Sequence record: OZ196285.1
Length of the DNA stretch: 64,000 bases
Strand: one strand, 5' to 3'
The notes beneath the pieces were generated by a model. The model had not been told where the DNA came from. It did not search any database and saw nothing but the letters and a program-made list of their open reading frames with translations. Positions 8,517-19,149 of this stretch are shown here, in pieces. The number at the start of each line of letters is the position of its first letter. The stretch's first letter is position 1. The position numbers and the translations under genes are program-made.

Positions 8517-10746
8517 GTTCAAGAGCGTCACATATAGCAATATCATGTCAGTCGGCAACACGCCGATTACTGTGTCGCTAGATGGGTTTAACAAGACGCT
8601 AATCACGGGTACGAATGGTGCGGGTAAATCGACTTACATTGAGGCAGTTTGTTTTGCCTTGTACGGTAAGCCGTTTCGTAACATCAAGAAAACTCAGATT
8701 GTTAACGCAGTCAACAAGAAAAAGCTGCTTGTTGAAATCGAATTTCAAGATAAGCGACACGTTTATAAAATCGTGCGTGGCATTAAGCCCAACAAATTCG
8801 AAATCTACAAAGACGATGAGCTGATTCCACAAGAAGCTGCTGTCGCTGACTATCAAGACATGCTTGAAAAGAACATCTTGCAGATGAGCATGAGCACGTT
8901 CAAACAAATTGCTGTGCTCGGTACAGCGGGTTTCACGCCATTCATGTTGCTACCAGCCGGTAAGCGTCGTGAAATCGTGGAAGATTTGCTTGATATCGGT
9001 ATTTTCTCTGATATGGCATCGATTAACAAGCTTGCGATCAAAGATCTTAACACTAAGATTTCCGAGACTGAAGCTGATATCGAACGACGTATGAACGAAC
9101 TTCGTTTACACGTTGAGTTTCAGAAAGAGCAGCAAAGCAATCGCGATGGTGATTTGGCTCAATTAGAGTCGCGTCAAACTGAAGCTGAAACAGAGCTGAA
9201 GCCGTTAGAAGAGCAGATTTCGTGTGCTGAAGATCAGATTCACTCTGATTCTGTTGCACTGCGCGTGCTGAAAGATAAGCTTGAAGAAGCATTGGCTGAA
9301 GCGAATCAGATTCAACTTGATGAACTGACTCAACTTGATGCTGCACACTCTGCCAATGCCAAAGACCTTCAAGATCAGCACACTGACGAAGTAAACGCAC
9401 TGAAAACGAAGCACATATCGGCACAAGATGCGATTGATGCTGAATACGAAGCTGACTTGCTAGAATTCGACCGCGTTCAAGCAGAAAACTTGTCTACTTT
9501 CGACAAAGAGACTGCTAAACTGACGCCAGAAGAAGTTGATAGCGACAAGATTGGTACTGACACTTCAACGTTCTTGATGCACAAGAAAGAGATCACTCAA
9601 CTCAAAGAGAATAAAGCATTCTTCGAAGAGAACGGTGACTGTGAATGTTCAACGTGTAAGCAAACAATCTCGTCTAAGTTCGCTCAAGATGTGATTGATA
9701 TGGCTGATAAACGCATTGAAACGCTGACAGCCGAAGCCAAAGCACTTGGAGCATCGATTAAAGCGGCTCAAGAGAAAGCTAAAGCACGCACAGCGTTTAT
9801 TAGCGAACGGGCGACTGAACGTTCAACTTTCGAGTCAACACAGCGCACAGAGCGTTCTACGTACGTTCAGACTCAATCAACTGCTCGTCAAGCGATTGTG
9901 AGAGCACAGCAAGAAGAAATGAACATGCTTGTTGGTGATGTGCATAACCCTGCTGTTCGCGAACTAAACGCTGCTCAGTCAAAAGAGCGTGCAGATTTGG
10001 TAGCGAAACATGCTGAATATAATGCTGATATCACTAAAGCCGATGCGTCTGCTCGTGAAGAGCTGACAGCTAACATTGGTAAAGACAAAGCGACTCATGC
10101 TTCAGCGGTAGCGAAGCAAGATAGTCTGATGCGTACAATCAGCACAATCAAAGCTGATATTGCAGATGTGAAATCTAAAGCAGCGACCGAAGACCGTTCT
10201 GACCTTATCAAAGAGCAGACGGCTGATGTGAAGCGCGTTAAGAAAAACTTAGCAAACGACTTGCAAACTAAGCACTGTCGTAGCATCGTAGCAACGTTAT
10301 TGAAAGATGATGGTGTAAAATCGATGATTGTTAAGCAGTACATCCCGTTGATCAACAAGTACATCAATGATTACTTGAAGACAATGAACGCGAACTACAA
10401 CTTTGTTCTTGATGAAGAGTTCAATGAGACAATCAAATCTCGTGGACGTGACGACTTCAGCTACACGTCGTTTAGTCAAGGTGAACGCTGTCGTATCGAT
10501 TTGGCATTACTATTCTCGTTCCGAGATCTGGTAAGTGCTCGTACTGGTTCGATGACTAACTTGTTGGTGCTTGATGAGGTGTTCGACTCTGCGGCTGATA
10601 CTGATGGGGTAGACTCAATCAATCAGATTCTTGGTACTATCAAAGACAACGTGTTTATTATTTCTCATAGCGAGAAGCACGAACAGAGCATGTTCGATAA
10701 GCACATCAAATTCACGAAGAAAGGTAATTTTACCCGAGAGGTTTAG
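8509..10746 (+). CDS. 46: Recombination endonuclease subunit gp46 (Rad50-like)
   Basis: Walker A GTNGAGKS, Zn-hook CSTC, signature FSQGE, LLVLDEVFD. Confidence 0.97.
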   Translation: MIKFKSVTYSNIMSVGNTPITVSLDGFNKTLITGTNGAGKSTYIEAVCFALYGKPFRNIKKTQIVNAVNKKKLLVEIEFQDKRHVYKIVRGIKPNKFEIYKDDELIPQEAAVADYQDMLEKNILQMSMSTFKQIAVLGTAGFTPFMLLPAGKRREIVEDLLDIGIFSDMASINKLAIKDLNTKISETEADIERRMNELRLHVEFQKEQQSNRDGDLAQLESRQTEAETELKPLEEQISCAEDQIHSDSVALRVLKDKLEEALAEANQIQLDELTQLDAAHSANAKDLQDQHTDEVNALKTKHISAQDAIDAEYEADLLEFDRVQAENLSTFDKETAKLTPEEVDSDKIGTDTSTFLMHKKEITQLKENKAFFEENGDCECSTCKQTISSKFAQDVIDMADKRIETLTAEAKALGASIKAAQEKAKARTAFISERATERSTFESTQRTERSTYVQTQSTARQAIVRAQQEEMNMLVGDVHNPAVRELNAAQSKERADLVAKHAEYNADITKADASAREELTANIGKDKATHASAVAKQDSLMRTISTIKADIADVKSKAATEDRSDLIKEQTADVKRVKKNLANDLQTKHCRSIVATLLKDDGVKSMIVKQYIPLINKYINDYLKTMNANYNFVLDEEFNETIKSRGRDDFSYTSFSQGERCRIDLALLFSFRDLVSARTGSMTNLLVLDEVFDSAADTDGVDSINQILGTIKDNVFIISHSEKHEQSMFDKHIKFTKKGNFTREV

Positions 10747-11193
10747 ATGAAAATAATCCCAATGCGGATTGATTACACGGCTGATATTCGCACTATGTGC
10801 GAGTATCTTCTACGCTGTGAACTTCATGACCCTGCATACATTCAAAGTGAACAGCTCATTGGTCGATTTCAAGTAGGTCGAGCGACGGGTCATACAACGT
10901 CACTGAAGTCCGTAGCAGACAGCTTTCGTAAACAAGGTCTACATGTACTTGAAGTGTATGGCAACCGCGAGGAACTGCGTGCGCGTGACGATGACGAGGC
11001 AATCCATTACTCGAAATTCTCGACGCACAATCGATTCTTGCGATTAGGTACAGGCGCACCAGATTTGGTTCTGTTTGACGCTGCGAGTCACTTCATCCCG
11101 CGATTAAACGGCGTCGAGGAAGGCATCGATAATTTCATGATGTATTTGCATCGCGACATTAAAAAAAGAACTGTGTTTTTCTACGTTCAGTAA
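10747..11193 (+). CDS. Hypothetical protein with degenerate P-loop-like motif
   Basis: VGRATGHTT and DLVLFD. Confidence 0.5.
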   Translation: MKIIPMRIDYTADIRTMCEYLLRCELHDPAYIQSEQLIGRFQVGRATGHTTSLKSVADSFRKQGLHVLEVYGNREELRARDDDEAIHYSKFSTHNRFLRLGTGAPDLVLFDAASHFIPRLNGVEEGIDNFMMYLHRDIKKRTVFFYVQ

Positions 11194-11247
11194 GTTTAGA
11201 CCTGTAAATATCTGTGTTAATATAAGCACAGCTTTTGAGGAAACACT

Positions 11248-11463
11248 ATGAGCACAACACTTGATAATCACATGTCAATGCCTGATGTCAAACATTGGGT
11301 TATCGTTGACAGCTTTCGTGGTGAAGAGAAAATCTTGCCTGAAGCACAATTGCTAGAAGTCTTCGGCGAAGACAGATGGCGCAAAATAACGTCTGGTCTT
11401 GACGACTACTTTACGGCGTACGAGTATAACTTCGAGTATACCGAGCGCGGCTTTAATCTCTAA
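11248..11463 (+). CDS. 45.2: gp45.2-like protein
   Basis: 71 aa, directly before gp45; F....W.KI.SG..DY.TAYEY pattern. Confidence 0.6.
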   Translation: MSTTLDNHMSMPDVKHWVIVDSFRGEEKILPEAQLLEVFGEDRWRKITSGLDDYFTAYEYNFEYTERGFNL

Positions 11464-11498
11464 TTGAACAATATATCATAATTTTTGAAGGTAAAAGA

Positions 11499-12164
11499 AT
11501 GAAACTTAACAAATCAACTATTGAAGTGCTAAAAAACTTTGCAGGCATCAACAACGGCATGGTTATTCACGCAGGCACTCGTTTGCGTACTCAAGACAAC
11601 TTGAACAAGCAAATCGCTTACGCAGACATCGAAGATACGTTCCCTGCTGAATTCGCAGTATACGATCTGGGTGAGTTTCTAAGCGCATTGAACTTGCTTG
11701 ATAACGCTGAACTTGATTTCCAAGAGAAATACGTAGTCGTTACTGGTGACGGTGGTACTAAACTAACGTTCCAATACGCAAACGCTGAGTTCGTAACTGA
11801 AGCACCTGAAAACGTGAACTTCCCAACTGACCTTGCGGGTGGCGCTGAGTTCGACCTGAAAGGTGAAGATCTGCAACGCGTTAAGAAAGCATCGGCAACA
11901 CTTGGTCTTTCTGATATCTGTGTTCGTACCGACGCGGGTTCTGACAAAATTACATTGTCTGCGACTGACGCTCAAGGTTCTAGCAAGCACAAATTCGAAA
12001 TCAACGTTGGCACTGCTGCTGCTGATACGAAATATGAGTTCTTCTTTAAAGCAGAACGCTTGAACATCGTTGATCAAGATTATCACGTATCGATTCACCC
12101 TGCTGGTATCTCACGCTTCGTTGGCGTGTCACTTGAATACTTCATTGCAATCGAAGCACTTTAA
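11499..12164 (+). CDS. 45: Sliding clamp gp45
   Basis: MKLNKSTIEVLKNFAGINNG, FAVYDLGEFL; synteny. Confidence 0.97.
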   Translation: MKLNKSTIEVLKNFAGINNGMVIHAGTRLRTQDNLNKQIAYADIEDTFPAEFAVYDLGEFLSALNLLDNAELDFQEKYVVVTGDGGTKLTFQYANAEFVTEAPENVNFPTDLAGGAEFDLKGEDLQRVKKASATLGLSDICVRTDAGSDKITLSATDAQGSSKHKFEINVGTAAADTKYEFFFKAERLNIVDQDYHVSIHPAGISRFVGVSLEYFIAIEAL

Positions 12165-12176
12165 GAACAAACGTTA

Positions 12177-12197
12177 CGGGGCGTAACAGCCCCTTTT
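12177..12197 (+). terminator. Terminator-like hairpin after gp45
   Basis: GGGGC-GTAACA-GCCCC-TTTT. Confidence 0.6.
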
Positions 12198-12223
12198 GAA
12201 CAATTTATTATGGGAAACATGCA

Positions 12224-13174
12224 ATGAACTTTGATGCAAAAGAGCTACTATGGGAACAGAAATATCGCCCGCTTTCAATCTCTGACTGTGTTCTACCTGA
12301 ACGCGTTCGTGAACACTTCACGACAATGCTTGAAAAGGACGAAATCCCGAACATGCTATTGGCAAGCTCTTCACCGGGTACTGGTAAAACGACTGTAGCG
12401 CGTGCGCTGTTAAATGACTTGGGTTACGATGTTCTATTCGTTAACGCTTCGTCTAGTCGTGGTATCGGTCTTGTTCAAAATGATTTACCTGCATTCTGTT
12501 CGACTGTTTCATTCTCTGGTAAGCCTAAAGCGGTAATTCTAGACGAAGCAGATAACCTAACGGCTGATGCTCAGAAAGCATTACGTGGTTTGATTGAGCA
12601 GTACAGCAAAAACGTTCGCTTTGTTCTTACGTGTAACTACGCACAAAAGATTCTAAAGCCGATTCGTTCACGTCTTCAAACGTTCGAGTTTGTCTATGAC
12701 AAAACAGAGCAGCTATCTTGCATCAAGCAGATGATTGTTCGCTCGATGCGGATTTGTAAAAACGAAGGTATCACGGTATCAAACGCTGCTGTTCTCAAAG
12801 AGCTAGTGAAGCGTAACTACCCTGATAACCGAGCAACAGTTGTGGCATTGCAGAACTATTCGCGTAATGGCGTTATTGATGAGGGTATCTTATCAATCAT
12901 CACCGCCAACGACGACATTTCTGAAATGATCGCTGCACTGAAAACGAAAGATTTCAAGACAATTCGTGCTCTAATTCCGAAATACTCTGGTGATATTGCA
13001 TCGTTTCTTCATAATCTTTACAAAGCAGCATATACAGACCTAGATGGCAATAGTATCCCTGTATTCATTCAATTGGTTGGTGAAGCAAACAACAACGCGA
13101 CGACTTGTGTCGATACCGAAATTCTTTTAGCGTACACTCTAGTGCAAATTATGCTTGAATGTACATTCAACTAG
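12224..13174 (+). CDS. 44: Clamp loader large subunit gp44
   Basis: WEQKYRP, SPGTGKTT, ILDEAD, SRL sensor. Confidence 0.97.
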   Translation: MNFDAKELLWEQKYRPLSISDCVLPERVREHFTTMLEKDEIPNMLLASSSPGTGKTTVARALLNDLGYDVLFVNASSSRGIGLVQNDLPAFCSTVSFSGKPKAVILDEADNLTADAQKALRGLIEQYSKNVRFVLTCNYAQKILKPIRSRLQTFEFVYDKTEQLSCIKQMIVRSMRICKNEGITVSNAAVLKELVKRNYPDNRATVVALQNYSRNGVIDEGILSIITANDDISEMIAALKTKDFKTIRALIPKYSGDIASFLHNLYKAAYTDLDGNSIPVFIQLVGEANNNATTCVDTEILLAYTLVQIMLECTFN

Positions 13175-13183
13175 GGGGTCATC

Positions 13184-13669
13184 ATGGACATCTTTGAACT
13201 TCTAGCGAAAGGCGAAGAGGCTGAAGCTGCTCAGAAAGCAGAAGAAGAGCAATTCGAAGAGGAAATGAAAACGGCGAAAGTGAAAAAGCTATCGCCATTT
13301 GATTTCTTGAATAGTATCTACATGAAAGATCGTGTTGCAGATGAACAAATCGCGAACTATACGCCATTCATGGTGAATCGTGGTCTATCAAACGGCATCG
13401 ATACAGTTGTTCATGCGTATGTCATGGATCAAGTAGGCAGTAAATTGCCGAAAGACATGCAGTATGATTATCTGTTTCATGGTGTTCGCAAAGGCAAGCG
13501 ATACAATTCGTGGGCCAAGAAGTCGAAATACGATTACGTCGAAGAAATCATGGACATCTATGAACTTTCAGAGACTAAAGCAATCGATGTTCTTAATCGT
13601 CTAAGTGAATCTGAACTTGAGCAACTAATCGAATGGTACGCCGCTCGAAAAGGGGGCGTGACGCGCTAA
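13184..13669 (+). CDS. 62: Clamp loader small subunit gp62
   Basis: Y.PFMVNRGLS, QYDYL...V.KGKRY..WAK. Confidence 0.93.
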   Translation: MDIFELLAKGEEAEAAQKAEEEQFEEEMKTAKVKKLSPFDFLNSIYMKDRVADEQIANYTPFMVNRGLSNGIDTVVHAYVMDQVGSKLPKDMQYDYLFHGVRKGKRYNSWAKKSKYDYVEEIMDIYELSETKAIDVLNRLSESELEQLIEWYAARKGGVTR

Positions 13670-13704
13670 TAAATACTGTTTTATTATGCTGTTGAGATTT
13701 AAAC

Positions 13705-14085
13705 ATGGACATTATTAACAAACTTGAAATTCAATTACCAGACGACGATGCCTTTCTAAAGATTCGTGAGACTCTTACACGAATTGGCATCGCCAATAAC
13801 AAAACGAACACGCTATATCAATCGTGTCATATTCTTCAAAAACGTGGCGTTTACTACCTAGTGCATTTCAAAGAGCTTCTTGCTCTTGACGGTCGCTGTG
13901 TGGAAATCACTGCTGAAGATATCGAGCGTCGTAACAACATTGCGAAACTGCTTGAAGATTGGAGCTTGTGTTCTATCGCACACCCTGAGTCACATGAGTT
14001 CAGCGGTGACAATAAATTCCGTGTTATTTCTTTCCGTGAGTCTAAAAACTGGACTCTACGTTACAAATACAAAATCGGGGGTTAA
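13705..14085 (+). CDS. regA: Translational repressor RegA
   Basis: FLKIRETLTRIGIAN, LYQSCHILQKRG.YY.VHFKEL. Confidence 0.97.
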   Translation: MDIINKLEIQLPDDDAFLKIRETLTRIGIANNKTNTLYQSCHILQKRGVYYLVHFKELLALDGRCVEITAEDIERRNNIAKLLEDWSLCSIAHPESHEFSGDNKFRVISFRESKNWTLRYKYKIGG

Positions 14086-14089
14086 ATGC

Positions 14090-14188
14090 GTGAAGAAAAT
14101 GAAGGTTGGTCGTGAAGAGGACTGGGGTCTTGAAGTCGGTCGAGAAGAAGACTGGCTATACATTGGTCGCGAAGAAGACTGGTTTTAA
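14090..14188 (+). CDS. Small peptide with three GREEDW repeats (GTG 14090 or ATG 14099)
   Basis: MKKMKVGREEDWGLEVGREEDWLYIGREEDWF*; repeats use different synonymous codons; terminator follows. Confidence 0.65.
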   Translation: MKKMKVGREEDWGLEVGREEDWLYIGREEDWF

Positions 14189-14196
14189 CTGAAATG

Positions 14197-14217
14197 GGGC
14201 TTAATTGCCCCTTTTAT
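14197..14217 (+). terminator. Terminator-like hairpin
   Basis: GGGGC-TTAATT-GCCCC-TTTT. Confidence 0.7.
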
Positions 14218-14231
14218 TTGAGTATTATATT

Positions 14232-14783
14232 ATGCAAGAACAAGAGTATTTCGATAAACAACTAGTGCGTGGCGGTATCTTCGAAGATGCAGTCGTACCA
14301 CTACTCTCCAACATGTTTAGAGCGCGTGATGAACATAACAACGTTCCACAAGAACAGTTCAGCACGATCATAAACACCGCAACATCAAAAACAGACAGTG
14401 AGCACGGGCGCGGACAGCGTTTGATGTACTGTACTGACAATTCTTGTAGTTACATGTTACCTGACGTATTCATATTCGCTCAGGGTAAGCAGTATGCAGT
14501 CGAAATTAAGGTCAAAAAACGCTTCTATCGTCACACAGACGGTTATTTGTACGGTGTGATAGATTCATACAAGATTGAAGACTACGACGGCGCTGTGCGT
14601 CTCATGGGCTTTAATTCGCTATTGTATGTATTTGGTGCTGAGACTGAAGATAATAACGTTTATCTTGGTCAACCATCACAAGCACGAGAGATCGTAATTC
14701 ATGATTTCCGCGATAAGAAGAACCCAAAGGGGTTGTTTCATGCATGGCGAATTAACGATATGCAAACAATCGGAAAATGGTAG
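14232..14783 (+). CDS. PD-(D/E)XK-fold nuclease-like protein
   Basis: G.IFED helix, LPDVFI, AVEIKVK; ATG at 14232 preferred over TTG 14205. Confidence 0.6.
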   Translation: MQEQEYFDKQLVRGGIFEDAVVPLLSNMFRARDEHNNVPQEQFSTIINTATSKTDSEHGRGQRLMYCTDNSCSYMLPDVFIFAQGKQYAVEIKVKKRFYRHTDGYLYGVIDSYKIEDYDGAVRLMGFNSLLYVFGAETEDNNVYLGQPSQAREIVIHDFRDKKNPKGLFHAWRINDMQTIGKW

Positions 14784-14843
14784 TTTAACACTCTCATATA
14801 CGCTGCTAACATACACTCAACGACTAACTTGTGAAGGACTAAA

Positions 14844-17396
14844 ATGAGCATTTATACATCAATTGAACGAATCGGATCTAATCTCTGCGAACGCTACATC
14901 GACGACGATGGCAAAGAGCACATGCGCAAAGTGAAGTATGAGCCGACATTGTTCATTCACTGTAACGAAGAAACTGGTTACAGCGACATCTACGGACGCA
15001 ACTGTCGCCCGAAGCTGTTTGATTCTATGGGCGATGCATCGCGCTACGTAAAAGAAACGAAACAATTCAACGAAGTGTTAGGCATGGACGATTTCGTCGT
15101 GACTTACATTTCTGATCAGTACAAGCAACGCGAATTTGACATGAAGCGCATTCGTATTGCTAATATCGATATCGAAACACCGTCAGTTGAGTTCCCAGAA
15201 GCTGTACACGCGCCAGTGCCAATTACATCAATCGGTCACTACGACAACATCGAAGACAAATTCTTCGTGTACGGTATTCCATCGAACACTGAATGGTCAC
15301 GCGAAAGCTCAATCGTTAAGCCTGAGTTGCTTGATAAGACAGTGTACATTCGCTGTGCAAACGAAAAAGAGTTGCTGGTCAAGTATCTTCAGTTCTGGCG
15401 TGAAAACACACCTGCAATCGTTACTGGTTGGAACATCGAATCGTTCGATATGCCGTACATCGCGAATCGTTACAAGAAGATTTTCGGTGAGAAAGTGATG
15501 AACAGCTTGTCGCCTTGGGGTAAAGTGAACATCACGAATACAGTGAACGACTACGGTCAAGAAATCTGTAAAGTGAACATCTTAGGTGTTGCGGAACTCG
15601 ATTACATTCAACTGTACAAAAAGTTCACGTATCAGACTCGTCCGTCGTATCGTCTTGATTACATCGGTGAAGTTGAGCTAGGTGAGAACAAGGTTGAATT
15701 CGCGCAAGCAAACTACCTTGAGTTTTACGAACAAGATTATCAGAACTTCATTGATTATCAGATTCAAGATGTTAACTTGGTTAAGCGTCTCGATGAGAAG
15801 CTTCAACTGTTGCTTTTGACTGTATCACTTGCGTACTACGCGGGTATCAACTATCAAACGGTACTTGGTACAATCAAGCCGTGGGATGCTATCATCTTCA
15901 ACTCTCTGAAGTCTCAGAAGAAAGTTGTACCGATGATGCGTTCTCATGAGGGTGGTCGATTCATGGGTGCATTCGTTAAAGCACCTCAGGTTGGTTATCA
16001 TCGCGGCATTGGCTCTTTCGATTTAACGTCACTATACCCGTCAATCATTCGTGAGTGTAATATCTCGCCAGAAACGATTGTTGGTCAGCTTGACTACGAT
16101 GGTTCACTTGAAGATCGTATCGATAAGATTGTTGATTATGCAGTGTCATTCCCTGCTGATGAGCTTTCGAACAGTGCTAACGGCATGCAGTATCGCAAAG
16201 ACGTTCGTGGCGTAATCCCGATTGAGATTGAAAAGGTCTTCTTTCAGCGTAAAGATAACAAGAACAAGTCTTTTGAGTATCAACAGCTTGCTATTGACAT
16301 CGAGAAGCGCATTGCAGACGAAGGTGGCGATGACGCGCTGATCTCTGAACTTGCCGAAGCTAAACATCAAGCGAAAATCTACGATGTTCAGCAAATGGCT
16401 CGTAAGATTCTTATCAACTCGCTTTATGGCGCGTTAGGTAATGAATATTTCAGATTCTACGATCTACGTAATGCAGAAGCGGTAACAGCATATGGTCAGC
16501 TTTCTATCAAATGGGTTGCGCGTGACGTGAACATTTGGTTGAACAAGATGTGTAAAACAACTGACAAAGACTACGTGATTTATGGCGATACCGATTCAAT
16601 CTACGTTAACTTTGATCCGCTGCTTGAACTGCTTGGCATCAATAAGCTTGAGGGTGACGCGTACACTGACAAGTTTAGTAAAGTGTGCGAAACTGTCGAG
16701 AAGAAAGTTATCAACCCGTCTTACGACGCGCTGCACAAGTACATGAACACGTACGAACGTCAAATGTTCATGGATCGTGAGGTACTTGCACGTACTGGCT
16801 TCTTTATCGCGAAAAAACGTTACGCGCTTGACGTACAAGATAATGAGGGCATTCGTAAGCCGAAGCTGAAAATCATGGGTATCGAGACTCAACGTAGTTC
16901 AACGCCACCGCTATGTCAGAAAGGTCTTAAAGAGTCGATTCGTTTGATTCTGCAAGACGGACAAGACAGCTTGCAAGCGTACGTGAAAGACTACGAAGTA
17001 GAGTTCAAGAAAGCGCCTTATCAAGAAATTTCGTTCGTGTCTAGTGCAAACAACATGGCGAAATACTCTGATGATAAAGGCAATCCTGGTAAAGGCTGCC
17101 CGGGTCACGTGAAAGGTGCGCTGTACTACAACAGACTTGCCGAAGAACATGGTTTTGACAAGATCAATGAGGGCGACAAAATCGCTGTTGTGTTCTTGAC
17201 TCGAAACAAGCATGGTATTGATCGAATTGCTTACCCGTCTGGTGGTCGTTTGCCCGATGCGATAACGTACCTAATCGACCATATTGATTACAATCGTCTG
17301 TACGAAGATAAGTTCATCAAGCCGCTTAACGCGATTGCTGAAGCTATCAAGTGGGACTACAAGAAAACGATTACGTTGGAGAGTTTCTTTGGGTAA
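14844..17396 (+). CDS. 43: Family B DNA polymerase gp43
   Basis: DIET exo [25 protein letters not shown]; uninterrupted 850 aa. Confidence 0.99.
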   Translation: MSIYTSIERIGSNLCERYIDDDGKEHMRKVKYEPTLFIHCNEETGYSDIYGRNCRPKLFDSMGDASRYVKETKQFNEVLGMDDFVVTYISDQYKQREFDMKRIRIANIDIETPSVEFPEAVHAPVPITSIGHYDNIEDKFFVYGIPSNTEWSRESSIVKPELLDKTVYIRCANEKELLVKYLQFWRENTPAIVTGWNIESFDMPYIANRYKKIFGEKVMNSLSPWGKVNITNTVNDYGQEICKVNILGVAELDYIQLYKKFTYQTRPSYRLDYIGEVELGENKVEFAQANYLEFYEQDYQNFIDYQIQDVNLVKRLDEKLQLLLLTVSLAYYAGINYQTVLGTIKPWDAIIFNSLKSQKKVVPMMRSHEGGRFMGAFVKAPQVGYHRGIGSFDLTSLYPSIIRECNISPETIVGQLDYDGSLEDRIDKIVDYAVSFPADELSNSANGMQYRKDVRGVIPIEIEKVFFQRKDNKNKSFEYQQLAIDIEKRIADEGGDDALISELAEAKHQAKIYDVQQMARKILINSLYGALGNEYFRFYDLRNAEAVTAYGQLSIKWVARDVNIWLNKMCKTTDKDYVIYGDTDSIYVNFDPLLELLGINKLEGDAYTDKFSKVCETVEKKVINPSYDALHKYMNTYERQMFMDREVLARTGFFIAKKRYALDVQDNEGIRKPKLKIMGIETQRSSTPPLCQKGLKESIRLILQDGQDSLQAYVKDYEVEFKKAPYQEISFVSSANNMAKYSDDKGNPGKGCPGHVKGALYYNRLAEEHGFDKINEGDKIAVVFLTRNKHGIDRIAYPSGGRLPDAITYLIDHIDYNRLYEDKFIKPLNAIAEAIKWDYKKTITLESFFG

Positions 17397-17655
17397 TGTA
17401 GATGGAATTGCGTACAACGAGTCTGACGATGTGACACCGATTGGTATCGTGTCGTCTGACTATGTACCGACAGTGAGCGAATACAAAGTGGCAAATGATA
17501 CAGTTCTCGATATTGATTCGTGGGCTGTTTATCATGATGTTGTCGAAATCACGCTAAAGAACAAGACGCATACTCAATATGGTATTGAACATCCCGCGAA
17601 GGTAATAATTGATCGCGTGAAGTTGAAAGAATTCCTGAAAGATGTGTTAAAATAA
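17389..17655 (+). CDS. Hypothetical protein (TTG start with GGAG RBS)
   Basis: Open frame fills gap between gp43 and rnlA promoter. Confidence 0.45.
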   Translation: MGNVDGIAYNESDDVTPIGIVSSDYVPTVSEYKVANDTVLDIDSWAVYHDVVEITLKNKTHTQYGIEHPAKVIIDRVKLKEFLKDVLK

Positions 17656-17658
17656 CGA

Positions 17659-17687
17659 TTGACAGTGTGCATCGAAGAGTGTACACT
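17659..17687 (+). promoter_or_regulatory. Sigma70-type promoter of rnlA
   Basis: TTGACA-17bp-TACACT. Confidence 0.75.
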
Positions 17688-17719
17688 GTTAAAACGCTTT
17701 TATTATAGAGAAAAATATC

Positions 17720-18889
17720 ATGGAAATGAAGAAGTTCACACCGAAAAAATTATACGCTGCTTTGATGGCGCTGAACAACGATGAATCTGCTGATGGCAAG
17801 TTCTTCTTTGCCGACATTGTATCACCTCAGGGTGAGAACTTCCGTCTTTTCAGCTATCACATTGCATCGTACTCAGATTGGTTGCTCGACGCTGCTTTAG
17901 AGTCGCGTGGCATCATGTTTCAAGTCGATGAGGACGGTAATTTCATTCGTATCGTATCACGCCCGATGGAAAAGTTCTTCAACTTGTTTGAGAACCCGTT
18001 CACGATGGGTCTTGATCTGACTACGACTGTTCAAATGTTAGACAAAGCCGATGGTTCACTGATCAGCACTTACTTGACTGGTGATACGTTCGCGCTGAAG
18101 TCAAAAGGCTCAATCTACTCAGAGCAAGCAGTCGCAGCAAACCGCTACATCAAAGCCGATGAGAATCGCGATCTATGGGAATTCTGTCACGACCTAGCTA
18201 CGGCTGGTTTCACAGTGAACATGGAATGGGTAGCACCGAACAACCGTATCGTTCTTGAGTACGATGAAGCACGCTTGATCATCTTAAACATTCGTAACAA
18301 CGAAACTGGCGAATATATGTCGTTCGACGACATCCCTGTTGGCGCGTTTCAGCGTATTCGTGGTTGGATTGTTGATGAGTACGACCCGACTATTGCCCAT
18401 GCACCAGAGTTTTTCGACGAGTTGCGTGCGAAAACTGGTATTGAGGGCGTGATCTTGCGTCTAGCAAGCGGTCAGTCGCTTAAAATCAAGACTCAGTGGT
18501 ATGTTGATCTGCACTCGCAGAAAGACTCAGTGAACGTGCCTAAACGTTTGGTGACTACTATCTTGCACAACAATCACGATGACTTGTACGCGCTGTTCGC
18601 AGACGACAAGCCAACTGTTGCTCGTATTCAAGAGTTCGATAAGCACGTTGTGTCTGTCGTTAACACGACGTTCCGCGCTGTGTGTGATTTTTATCGCGAC
18701 AATCGTCATCTTTCTCGTAAAGACTTCGCGATCAAAGGTCAAGCTGTATTGAAGCCGTGGGAATTCGGTGTATTGATGAAAGTGTATCAAGCACAATCGC
18801 TTGAAGGCGCAATGCAAGGCACGATTGATGTTTACTTACGTAAGCCTGAGTTGTGTGTACCTGAGAAATACCTAAACGAGGGCAAGTGA
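17720..18889 (+). CDS. rnlA: RNA ligase 1
   Basis: ESRGIMF, SRPMEKFFN, DKADGSL (KxDG), NRIV, IEGVI, LKIK. Confidence 0.96.
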   Translation: MEMKKFTPKKLYAALMALNNDESADGKFFFADIVSPQGENFRLFSYHIASYSDWLLDAALESRGIMFQVDEDGNFIRIVSRPMEKFFNLFENPFTMGLDLTTTVQMLDKADGSLISTYLTGDTFALKSKGSIYSEQAVAANRYIKADENRDLWEFCHDLATAGFTVNMEWVAPNNRIVLEYDEARLIILNIRNNETGEYMSFDDIPVGAFQRIRGWIVDEYDPTIAHAPEFFDELRAKTGIEGVILRLASGQSLKIKTQWYVDLHSQKDSVNVPKRLVTTILHNNHDDLYALFADDKPTVARIQEFDKHVVSVVNTTFRAVCDFYRDNRHLSRKDFAIKGQAVLKPWEFGVLMKVYQAQSLEGAMQGTIDVYLRKPELCVPEKYLNEGK

Positions 18890-18890
18890 T

Positions 18891-19112
18891 ATGCACGTTG
18901 ATCTAAACGAATTCAGTCAAAAAATGCCGCCATTTCTAGACGCACTTAAAACGCGGCTAGACGCAGACAATCGCGGTGGTAAAATCATCTTCGCAGGCAC
19001 AACTCAGGCTCATAACTTGGTTGGATTTGATGTGCATATCGAAGACAAGAATGGCTTGGTGTCGAAGTTCTTTATCGACCCCCTCACCAATTCGTGGGAG
19101 CCAGTTTACTAG
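18891..19112 (+). CDS. Hypothetical protein
   Basis: 73-aa ORF with RBS. Confidence 0.6.
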   Translation: MHVDLNEFSQKMPPFLDALKTRLDADNRGGKIIFAGTTQAHNLVGFDVHIEDKNGLVSKFFIDPLTNSWEPVY

Positions 19113-19119
19113 ATAAATA
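19112..19119 (+). promoter_or_regulatory. Late promoter-like element for spanin genes
   Basis: GATAAATA 31 nt upstream of i-spanin ATG. Confidence 0.55.
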
Positions 19120-19149
19120 CTCCTGTATATTGAATATAGGAGGAATATC

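Noticed and set aside
11463-11499. rpbA between 45.2 and 45 as in T4
   Set aside because: Only 35 nt separate the genes, so rpbA is not here; it may be elsewhere or absent.
13880-14098. 102-aa ORF in the track overlapping regA
   Set aside because: The upstream part is an alternate frame of regA; only the GREEDW-repeat end has its own RBS and start.
14844-17396. Intron, intein or split in gp43
   Set aside because: The ORF is continuous with all polymerase motifs at normal spacing.
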